From Octopus sinensis (taxonomy: Eukaryota): DNA of 57,821 nt. A model generated the notes under the pieces. It saw only the letters and a program-made list of their open reading frames with translations, searched no databases and was not told the DNA's origin. The stretch's first letter is position 1. Every line of letters starts with the position of its first letter. The DNA lies in assembly GCF_006345805.1 (NCBI RefSeq), contig NW_021833652.1:1-57821 (forward strand), given 5' to 3'. Positions 11,572 to 22,367 of the stretch are shown here, piece after piece. The translations under genes were made by a program, and so were the position numbers.

Positions 11572-11604
<33 letters not shown>

Positions 11605-11832
11605 TATATGTATATATATGTATATGTATATGTATATATGTATATATATGTATATGTATATATATATGTATATATATGTATATGTATATATATGTATATA
11701 TATATTATATATATATGTATATATATAATGTATATATATAATGTATATATATATGGTATATATATATGTATATATATATGTATATATATATGTATATATA
11801 TATGTATATATATATATGTATATATATATGTA

Positions 11833-11880
<48 letters not shown>

Positions 11881-12470
11881 GTATATATATATGTATATAT
11901 ATATGTATATATGTAATATATATATGTATATATATGTATATAGTATATATATGTATATATAATGTATATGTATATGTATATGTATATATATATGTATATA
12001 TAATATGTATATATATGTTATATGTATATATATATGTTATATATATATGTATATAATGTATATATATGTATATCTATATATATGTATATATATGTATATG
12101 TATCTATGTATATGTATATATATGTATTGTATATATATGTATATATATGTGTATATATATGTATATGTATGTATATGTATATATATATGTATAGTATATA
12201 TATATATATATTATATATATATATATATGTGTATATATATGTGTATATATATGTAAATATATATATGTTATATATATGTATATATATGTATGTATATATA
12301 TGTATATATATGTATATGTATATATGTATATATATGTATATGTATATATGGATATGTATATGTATATATGTATATATATGTATATGTATATATGTATATG
12401 TATATATGTATATATATGTATATGTATATGTATTGTATATATATATGTATATATATATATATATTATATA

Positions 12471-12511
<41 letters not shown>

Positions 12512-12532
12512 ATATATATAGTATATATATGT

Positions 12533-12564
<32 letters not shown>

Positions 12565-13207
12565 TATATGTATATATATGTATATGTATTGTATATATGT
12601 ATATATATGTATATGTATATATATATGTATATATATGTATATGTATATATATGTATATATATATGTATATATATTATATATATATATGTATATATGTTAT
12701 ATATATGTATATATATATGTATATATATATGTATATATATATGTATATATATATGTATATATATATGTATATATATGTATTATATATATGTATATATTAT
12801 GTATATATATATGTATATATATATGTATATATATGTATATATATGATATATATATGTATATTATATATATATATATGTATATATATGTATATATAATATA
12901 TGTATATGTATGTATATGTATATGTATATGTATATATATATGTATATATAATATGTATATATATGTATATGTATGTATATATATATGTATATATATATAT
13001 ATATATGTGTATATATATGTATATATATGTGTAAATATATCTATGTGTATATATATGTGTATATATATGTCTATATATATGTATATGTGTATATATATGT
13101 GTATATATATGTCTATATTTATGTATATATATATATGTGTATTTATATGTGTATATGTATATATGTATATATATATGTATATATATGTATATATATATGT
13201 GTATATA
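10967..13207. repeat. About 2.2-kb (TA)n/(TATG)n compound microsatellite
   Basis: Direct reading. Confidence 0.97.
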
Positions 13208-15715
13208 TACATGGAGCAAGTAATACTCCAACCGACCAGGGCAGGTAACACACTGGATCTCTGCTTCACAAATAATATGGATCTCATCCATAATGTGAAA
13301 GTGACACCGACACTACTCTCGGATCACAACATGGTAGAGCTGACCATGTACGGGCCAAAGGAAAGCATGGACATGCAGCCTACAAGAAACCCTCAGAATC
13401 ATTCCAGCCTGAACTTCCATAAGGCAAACTGGAAACAAATTGAGAAAGAGATCCTCAAACAAAACTGGCCTGAATGTCTCTCCTCGCCAGACATCGACGT
13501 GAAACTTCAACAATTCATGTCTGTAATGCAAGCCATATGCTACAAATGTCTCCCAGAGAGAAAGGCCACTGTACACAAGAACAAAATCCCTAGAGAGAGG
13601 AAAATTCTAATGAGACGGCGTACAAAATTTTCAAATCGCCTAAACAAACAGATTGAAAGCAGTGAAAAGTCCCGCCTAAAAATAAAACTGTTGGAAATCG
13701 AAAAATGTCTGCATCTCTCCCATGAAAAGGAAAGAGCAGTCAAAGAAGCCTGGGCTATAGACAACATAAAATCTAACCCCAGAGCTTTCTACAGGTATGC
13801 CAAAGAAACAGCTACGGTGCACCGTAGGATGGGGCCACTCCTTGAAAAAGATGGCACACTCACAGGAAAACCAATGAAGGTGAGTGAAATACTGAATGAG
13901 CAATTCAAGAGTGTTTTCACTCCACCCCTTGGGCATTTCTAAATCAGCAATCCAACTAACTTCTTTACCACTGCAGATATAAAATCGGAGGCGGCGACGA
14001 TAAATTACATCGATATAAAGGAAGACGATGTAAGAAAGGCTATAGATGAAATGATAACAGACTCAGCTACTGGCCCTGATGGATTCCCTGCAATCCTCCT
14101 AAAAGTATGTAAGAGAGTCCTAGCAAGACCACTGCCATTCCTCTTTCAGAGCTTCCTTGCAGCTGGCAAACTTCCAAGAAAACTGAAGGAAGGTAAAATA
14201 TGCCCTATTCATAAAGGAGGTAACAGAGCGGAGGCCAAGAACTACAGATCTATCTCTCTGACCTCACACATCAGCAAGGTCATGGAACGAATAGTCAGAA
14301 GGAAACTGATCACCTTCCTTGAAGAAAATGACTTGCTGCCTGACACCCAACATGGTTTCCGACCAGGGAGAAGCTGCTTAACCTAGCTCCTACAACACTA
14401 TGACTGGGTGCTGAAACGACTGCTCAACCACTCAAATGTGGGAGTGATATATCTCGACTTTGCAAAGGCCTTTGATAAAGTCGATCATGGAATGATATGT
14501 CACAAACTGCGTGATCTCAACATAGTTGGAAAACTGGTGAGAATGGCTTCATGACTTTCTGAAAGATAGAAGTCAGGTGGTAGTAGCCAATGGGGCCACT
14601 TCCATTAACACGCAAATAGTGAGCGGTGTTCCGCAGGGCACTGTTTTGGGGCCACTACTGTTCATAATGGCCCTCTCAGACATGCCCTCAGCCACACAGA
14701 GAGCCACGATCACAAGTTATGCAGATGATACAAAAGTTTCACAGGCAATACAGAACCCTGAGGACACTAAACGCCTGCAATGTGAGCTGGAAAAAATATA
14801 CAAGTGGGCTGAAAAGAATAGCATGCAGTTCAATGCTGAAAAGTTTCAAGCTTTATACTATCAGCATGCAAAACTAAATGCAATACCCAATGAATACACT
14901 GGACCCGGAGGAATTGCAATCCCAGAGGCACAATCAGTGCGTGACCTGGGTATTTACATGAGTGATGACGCAACCTTTCGTGTACATGTTGCTAAATTGG
15001 CAATGAAATGTAGACGACTGGCCGGATGGATTCTCAGAACCTTTAGAACAAGAGAACAAGAAACCATGATGGTCCTCTGGAGGACACTTGTCCTAAGCCA
15101 CTTTGACTATTGCTCTCAGCTATGGTCACCATCCAGTGTCAAGTTGATCACAGAACTTGAGGCGATCCAACGTAGCTACACGAAGAAGATAGCCTCTATG
15201 CAGAATATAAGCTACTGGGAAAGACTCAAGAGATTAAAACTATATTCTTTGGAGCGTAGGCGGGAAAGATATGCCATAATATACATCTGGAAGATCCTGG
15301 AGGGACTTGTCCCAAACTTTGGCATCGAGAGTTGCACAAATGCCAGAACTGGGCGCCACTGTGTGGTGCCTAGAACTCCAAATTTGCCATCAAGATGTAG
15401 GACAAGATACTGTGATAGCTTGGGCTTCCGAGGCCCACAGCTCTTCAATATCCTCCCGAAGAACCTAAGAGACCTGCATGGGGTGGATGCAGATGTCTTT
15501 AAAATGAAATTGGATCTCTTCCTGTCAGGTATCCCAGATGAACCAACTTTACGGCAGGAGGTGCAGATGAGGGCAGCTGCATCGAACTCTCTCATGCACC
15601 AAATGGCAGTTGCTAAAAAGCATTCGTGAAGTAAAACCATGTAGCAGCACCAAATGGCGGTGCCCCAGCATGGCCACAGCTCGTGAGCTGAAACTAGATA
15701 AAATAAATTAAAATA

Positions 15716-15717
<2 letters not shown>
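13208..15717 (+). mobile_element. CR1/L2-group LINE copy 2, 5'-truncated and inactivated
   Basis: High identity to 4620..7110; stops near 13940 and 14385, frameshift near 14540; (AAAT)n tail. Confidence 0.93.
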
Positions 15718-15748
<31 letters not shown>

Positions 15749-15756
15749 ATATGTAA

Positions 15757-15982
15757 TCTATTGATAAAAATGGTAAGATAAACGAAAGAATGAGACCTCG
15801 ATATTATGTAAATAGAGGAATTTATCTGTAAATGTAATATATGACAATTATTCAGTAGCCAAGATAAAACTCCGAGTTTTGGATAAATGAAGAGATGCCG
15901 GCATGGACTTTCACCTCGGTGTCCGAAACTCAGAGTTTTATCTTGGCTACCGAATAAATGTTACATATTACATTTACAGATA
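15757..15982. mobile_element. Fold-back hammerhead-like element, family B
   Basis: Arms about 15823..15883 and 15922..15982; unpaired tail about 15757..15822. Confidence 0.75.
15881..15943 (+). ncRNA. Degenerate/variant hammerhead-like motif
   Basis: GGAUAA-AUGAAGA-G-AUGCCGGCAU-GGAC(12 nt)GUCC-GAAA-CUC-A-GAG-UU-UUAUCU. Confidence 0.45.
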
Positions 15983-16029
15983 TATATCTAATCTATATAT
16001 ATAATTGTGGAAGTGCAATGGCCCAGTGG

Positions 16030-16496
16030 TTACCATCTAGTTTCCTGGACGAATTGGTTTCTGATATTAGTTTAGCAAGTAAATGAATAACATATACACT
16101 CACCAGTTGAAATTGTCTTCAGCAGAAACACCTTGGGTTAAAAGTATGAACACGAGGTGATCAAACTACGTGCCCCTTGTTTATACATCCTAACTTTTTC
16201 AAAATCTACTGTGCAGCTGCAGCCCTTCGCCAGCAAAAAGAAAATGCCAACATTTAAAAACCGAAAATTATCCAAAAACTTACAATATTTAATCATATCA
16301 AAGGGCTGCGGCTGCGCAGTAGATTTTGAAAAAGTTAGGATGTATATACAAGGGGCACGTAATTTGATCGCCTTGTGTTTATACGTTTAACCCAGGGTGT
16401 TCCTGCTGAAGACGATTTTACCTGGCGAGTGTATGTTATTCATTTACTTGCTAAACTAAAATCAGAAACCAATTGGTCCAGGAAACTAGATGGTAA
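16030..16496. mobile_element. Fold-back MITE with about 200-bp inverted arms, probable TA target
   Basis: ttaccatctagtttcctggac... vs ...gtccaggaaactagatggtaa; spacer about 70 bp. Confidence 0.85.
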
Positions 16497-16629
16497 AATG
16501 TTTTTATTTTTCATTTCGTTCTTGTTGAATTTTATCCCTAATTTTGTGGTTATAGAACCTAGCTGTTTGTAGCATGTTGAATCCCATGAGTGGATTCCAC
16601 ATGTGTTTAAATGTATACTGTATCTTATA

Positions 16630-16980
16630 TATATATATATCATCATCATCATCATCATCGTTTAGCGTCCGCTTTCCATGCTAGCATGGGTTGGACGGGT
16701 CAACTGGGGTCTGTGAAGCTGGAAGGCTTCGTCAGGCCCAGTCAGATCTGGCAGTGTTTCTACGGCTGGATGCCCTTCCTAACGCCAACCACTCCGCGAG
16801 TGTAGTGCATGTTTTTTACGTGCCACCTGCACAGGTGCCAGACAGAGCTGGCGAACGACCACGAGCAGATGGTGCTATTACATGTCACTGGCACGGGGCC
16901 AGGCGATGCTGGCAACGGACACGAACGGATGGTGCTTTTACGTGTCACCGACACGGGGCCAGACAGAGCTGATCCCTCTC
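16630..16980 (-). mobile_element. RTE 3' UTR fragment
   Basis: Reverse complement of the RTE tail seen at 3600..3782. Confidence 0.85.
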
Positions 16981-16994
16981 TCTCTTTTGGAGAG

Positions 16995-17145
16995 GCACTG
17001 AGCACCTACACACACGGCAGTAACTTCCGCCTACCAAATTCAATCACAAAGCTTCAGTCGACTTGGGGCTATAGCGGAAGACACCTGCCCAAAGTGCCAC
17101 GCAGTGGGACTGAACCCGAAACCATGTAGCTAGGAAGCAAGCTCT
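16995..17145 (-). mobile_element. tRNA-derived SINE 5' part
   Basis: Reverse complement matches the head of the SINE at 41305. Confidence 0.75.
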
Positions 17146-17163
17146 CTCTCTCTCTATATATAC

Positions 17164-17232
<69 letters not shown>

Positions 17233-17255
17233 TGCATACATACATACATACATAT

Positions 17256-17329
<74 letters not shown>

Positions 17330-17337
17330 TATACATA

Positions 17338-17371
<34 letters not shown>

Positions 17372-17396
17372 CATATATGCATACATACATACATAT

Positions 17397-17451
<55 letters not shown>

Positions 17452-17460
17452 ATACAGATA
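17146..17460. repeat. (TA)n/(CA)n microsatellite
   Basis: Direct reading. Confidence 0.95.
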
Positions 17461-17754
17461 TGCAGGAAGTAAATAGACACCTTTAATTTTCAAAATCTTT
17501 TATTTGATATTAATTGGTTGAAGGAGAGGTTTTCTTCTAGCTGTTCGTCCATAATACCTAAGCTTATGCAGATATGTAACACATGTTCTTGGACTGACGT
17601 CTAGCTGTTTTGCAATGTTAGAAGCCTTTGAACGGGGTTCGTTTTCTACAATTCTCTTCAAACAGCAAAGCTTCCTTTCTGAGAGCCCAGGTCAGCCGGG
17701 ACAAGAATCTGTTGATTCTTTTCGTTGTTAATCAATTTTTAGCTTTAGATTTAA

Positions 17755-18950
17755 ACATGGACAAATTTTTATTGAAACCTCAGGAAAATGAGAAAGAGAG
17801 TCATAGCAAACAAAATGAACACCAGAATAAAATGTCCATTGCATCAAAACGAAAATATAATGAAAATTACATCCAATATGGTTTTATATTATCGGAAAAA
17901 GACCACACTCTCAAATGAAGCAATGGTTCCCAGTAAACTTCACTGTCATTTAATAACAAATCATCTACAACATAAGGACAAACCAAAAGAATACTTTGAG
18001 ATGCTAAAAAATAATTCAAAAGTTCAATCAAGAAGGCTGAAAAAATTTCACTCAATTCTCGAGAAAGCTCAAATCGCTAGTTACAAAATTGCCCAACTTT
18101 TGGCAAAGAAGAAAAAAACCACATTCTGATGCAAAAAATATTATTTTACCAGCCTTTGGCACAATGGTTAGTGATGAAGCCATCAAACAAACGAAGACTT
18201 TGTCTGTCCACACAATTTCTTGTAAAATTCAATGCATTTCACAAGACATTGATGATCAGCTCTGCGAACATCCCACTGAAGCAAAAAAATGAACTTGAAA
18301 ACTTGTGGGTCTTAAAAATCAATGAAAGTACAGACATCAGCAACAAAGCTCAACTAATTTCATTTCTGCAAATCATCAGAGGTGATAAAATCATAAGTCA
18401 GTTTTTCTTCTGTTGTGAATTGAAGGAAAGAATGACAAGAGAAGATGTCTTTAACCTGTTAAACCAAAATGTTGCATTGAGAGGTATTAATTTTATACCT
18501 GTATTAGCATTTGCACTAATAGTGCTCCATCCATGCAGGGTCGAAAAAAATGGCTTCATGGCTCATGTATAACAAAATAATTCACAAGTTAAAATTGTAT
18601 ATCGCATGATTCTCTGCAAAGTTTTGTTGTCAAAATCTCTACCTGATGGTCTCCTGAACATGATGGACAACATTGTTAAAGTGGTGAATTACATAAAATC
18701 GCATTCCTTACAGTGCAGACTTTTTACATACCTGTGTGAAACTATGGATTTTGATTTCAAGTGTTTACTGCTTCATACAGAAGTGTCATGGCTCTCAAAA
18801 GGGAAAGTGTTCTCTCAATTTATCTCTCTGCAAACTGAAATAATGTTTTTTCGATACTGAAAATTTTGGATTTGAATTACTTAACGATGATAATTGGTGG
18901 ATAGAAGTAGCATTTCTCAACAATCTTTTTGAGAATTATAAATAATCAAA
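17755..18950 (+). pseudogene. hAT (Charlie/Buster-like) transposase remnant
   Basis: KRKYNENYIQYGF, MVPSKLH.HL.TNH, ASYKIAQLLAKKKKPHS..IILPA, INESTDISNKAQL, VKVVNYIKSHSL..RLF..LCE, LLLHTEVSWLSKGKV, spread over several frames. Confidence 0.9.
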
Positions 18951-19132
18951 AATTTAAAACTATTAGGACTACTAAACAATTTACTTAGAGAGACAATCCT
19001 GGTTTAAGTGCAGTAATATAATATAATGCTGTTCGTCATGTAATGTAATTAATTTATATTTACCATATTTTATGATTTATATAATTAATTTATATTTAAT
19101 GTATTTTACAATTTATATAATTAATTTATAAT

Positions 19133-19555
19133 TATGCTTGAGCAGTGCCCTGTGGAATACCACTTGCTATTGGTGTTTACTTTGAGGTGGCTCCATTGTC
19201 ATCACTGCCACATCTTGGATTGTTGTTTCCTGAAAATCCCAAAAATATTTTTCATGGCACTCCAGGAATCTCTCGCAGCACACAGTTTGGCAGACACTCT
19301 TCTAGGGAGGAGAGTCTTAACTCTTAGCTTTTCCCAGTAGCTGATAAGTTGCAGTGAGATGATTTTCTTTGTGTAGCTTCATTGGATTGCTTCAAGTTCA
19401 ACCATTAATTTTATACTGTGTGGTGACTATAGTTGGGAGCAGAAGTAAAAGTAGATGAGGACATAAGTCCTCTAAAGGACCATCATAGTCCCCTTTTCTC
19501 TTGTTCTGGAAGTTTGGAGGATCCATCCAGCTAACTGTATGCATTTATTGCTAAA
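19133..19555 (-). mobile_element. Old CR1 fragments
   Basis: Reverse complement aligns by eye to the RT and C-terminal region of the 4044 ORF. Confidence 0.75.
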
Positions 19556-20045
19556 CTAGCAGTATAGCCCGGCTTTGCCTGGGAGTAAGTTAGGATTATT
19601 AAGATAATCAAGTTCTTTATTTCAAACCAAACTAAGTAACATCGACGTCAAATTTGAGTGAAATCCATTGAAATTGGTAAATTTTTGGCTGAAAATGAGT
19701 TGCAGACAACTTGATTGGGAAATCCCATAAGGAATCAGTTTATTGATTTTTTTTCACTCATCGATTTTTTTTTTTCGTTTTTGGAGAACTTAAAGCATTC
19801 AAAGATCCCATGAGTCCTAAGTAATGCTGGCATCAAGTTTGAACAAAATACATCAAAATTGGTACACGTTATGGCTGAAAATGGGGTGTAGCCAATTTTA
19901 GTGGGAAATCCTATAAAGAATTGGTTTATTAATTTTTTTTTTAAATCCTGATTAAATGGAAAACTCCATAAGGAATCAGTTTATTGATTTTTCACCCCAA
20001 ATAGGACTTAACCGAACACAACATTGCTGATTCAAAAACATCTAT
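19556..20045 (-). mobile_element. Non-autonomous Helitron inserted at the CR1 fragment
   Basis: Minus-strand hairpin + CTAG|T at 19556; internal repeats of cataaggaatcagtttattg; 5' end uncertain. Confidence 0.65.
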
Positions 20046-20474
20046 ATTTATACTTTAAAGTTGGTTTTTACACCCAACCCAGTTCTGCAGAATCAGTGTT
20101 GCAATGGGAGAGCATGGGTTGAGAGTTTGATCAGTAGAGGTGAATAGGTTGCACATGCCAGCCCTTTGAAAACACCACCCCATCATCTAACCCTCCTTTG
20201 CCCATGGGTTGGGAACCCTTCCAGCAAGGAAAATAGAATGCCCAAAAGGGCTCCAGATCCTCTGTGTCAGAAGCGGTTATGTTTAGATCGCAACCAAGTC
20301 TTAAGTATATATATATATATGTATGTGTGTATATATATATATATTTATTTATCATCATCATCATCGTTTAACGTCCGTTTTCCTATATATATATATATAT
20401 ATGGACAACACACACATACACACACATATGTAAGTACACCTATTGCATACATGTTCGTGTGTGTGTGTATGTGA

Positions 20475-20849
20475 GACTGAAGCCATTCACACATACATAA
20501 CAACCCCTCTCTCTCTTTTTGTCTGTCATTCACTCACTAAAAAAGGAAATAAAAATATCTGTTACCTATCACTCTCTCTTTCTCTCTCTACTAACAAAAC
20601 AACTTCTCGTACACACTACACTTTCTGTGTTGCACACCCTATGTGTGTGTGTGTGTGTGTGCATGTTTGATGGGGTATGCAACACAGAAAGTGTAGTTTA
20701 TATGAGAAGTTGTTTTGTTAGTATATGTGAAGAGAGAGAGAAAGAGAGCAATAACAGATTTTTTAATTTCGTTTTTTAGTGAGTGATTGACAGACAAAAA
20801 GAGCGAGATGAGTTGTTATGTATGTATTTATGTGTAAATGGCTTCAGTC
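20475..20849. mobile_element. Palindromic MITE-like element in a (CA/TG)n context
   Basis: gactgaagccatt...aatggcttcagtc with about 170-bp diverged arms. Confidence 0.7.
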
Positions 20850-21289
20850 ACACACACACACATGAACATGTATGCATACAACAAACATGTATGCAATAGG
20901 TGTATGCATGTGTGTGTTGCCTGTATATCGACAAAACACTTTTTTCCTCGATGGAAAAAAAAAAATCAAAGTCTTAACAAAAACTTACTCGTTGCTAGAA
21001 GAGGACTTAACTTATGTTTGCAAACAATGGTGAATTTCTCCAACATGAAAATTGTTAAAAGTTTTGGTTGAAAATTAATTTTTACCGCTATTCACTTGGG
21101 GAAAAATAAGTTGATGAAAATGCAGCTAGGGTCATGACAAATGTCCTCCTAAAATTGGAGCGACATGCGTGCTAATTTGTAGATGTGCATAAATTACATT
21201 CATGTACACACACACACACACCCTGCCTTATATATATACAGATTAGTAATATGTACCTGAAAAGATACATCATTACTCATATAATTCCC

Positions 21290-21780
21290 AGGTCATGCAC
21301 TGATTTTGATTCAGTGATTGCAATTCCTCTTGGGCCAGTGTATCTTGTATGCATGTCATTCAGCTTTGTGTGCTGGTAGCACAGGGCTTGGAATTTTCTT
21401 GCATTAAACTGCATATTGTTGTCATCAGCCCAACTGTATAATGTGTCCAACTCCTGTTGCAGATGTGCAATGTTTCCTGGGATTTGAATTGTTTGATAGA
21501 CTTTTGTGTCATCTGCATAGCTAATGAGGGTGGCTATCTAAGGGGCTGAGGGCATATCTGAAAGGGCCAATGTGAAAAGCAGTGGCTCTAAAACAGTGCC
21601 CTGTGCAACACCACTTGCTATTGGTGTTTCCTTTGAGGTGGCTCCATTGGCCACCACTACCACATCTATCTCTTAGAAAGTCATGTAGCCACTCTCCAAG
21701 TTTTCCGACTATGCTGAGATCATGCAATTTGTGACTTTATCAAACTTTATCAAAGGCTTTTGCAAAGTTGAGATTTATCA
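21290..21780 (-). mobile_element. Old CR1 RT fragment
   Basis: Minus strand encodes FAKAFDK, QGTVLEPLLF, YADDTK. Confidence 0.85.
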
Positions 21781-22172
21781 CATCCACACTTGAGTCATAA
21801 AATAGTAATATATTTGTAGCAGAACTGTTTAGCACATTCATTTTATTGTAGTGTTAGACCTCTTGTCAATTTGGCTTAATTATTTAATTACAGCTCGCCA
21901 GATCTTTTCTTAGTATTTAGTTGCATCCAGTCTCATGGCTTTCTTCAACCAGTCATCACCCATCTTCATTGTTGCAGCAACAGACATTATAAGACCCAGC
22001 AGAACTGAAGTCATTTGAATGTTTGTTCCAAACTGTAGTATTAACATTATTCCTTTTGGCAATCTATTATTATAACGAGAGGAGTGAACTTCACTTTTTC
22101 AACTCATTCAAATCTTATTGTTCTTACATTATTTACATTTGATGGATATTTATCTTCATCTTGTTTGTTGTT

Positions 22173-22215
22173 AACATGTTTTGGCTGATATACTCTCCAG
22201 TCGTCATCAGGTGTC
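22173..22215 (-). ncRNA. Decayed minimal hammerhead (canonical CUGAUGA core)
   Basis: GACAC-CUGAUGA-C-GACUG(10 nt)CAGCC-AAAA-CA..UGUU; the plus-strand arm retains CAGCC-GAAA-UG-UC. Confidence 0.55.
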
Positions 22216-22312
22216 TTAGGGAAATTTCAAACCTGGGTTCTCATTCCTAAGGTATTTTTCAATGTTGTTGTTGTTATTATTATTATTATTATTATTATTC
22301 GGGTCACTGCCT

Positions 22313-22367
22313 GGAATCGAACACGGAATCTTGGGTGTAGTAGCCCGTGCTCTTAACCACTATGCCA
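22313..22367 (-). promoter_or_regulatory. Pol III type 2 internal promoter (A and B boxes) of a tRNA-like head
   Basis: A box TGGCATAGTGG (22357..22367); B box GTTCGATTCC (22313..22322). Confidence 0.8.

Noticed and set aside
9349-13291. Many long Y/I/M/V/C-rich ORFs, including the N-terminal part of the 550-aa ORF at 12290
   Set aside because: Translations of TA/TG microsatellite, which lacks stop codons in some frames; only the part from 13211 is LINE-derived.
22300-22367. Functional tRNA gene
   Set aside because: A and B boxes are present, but I could not build a complete cloverleaf and it is embedded in a TSD-flanked element; treated as a SINE-like head.
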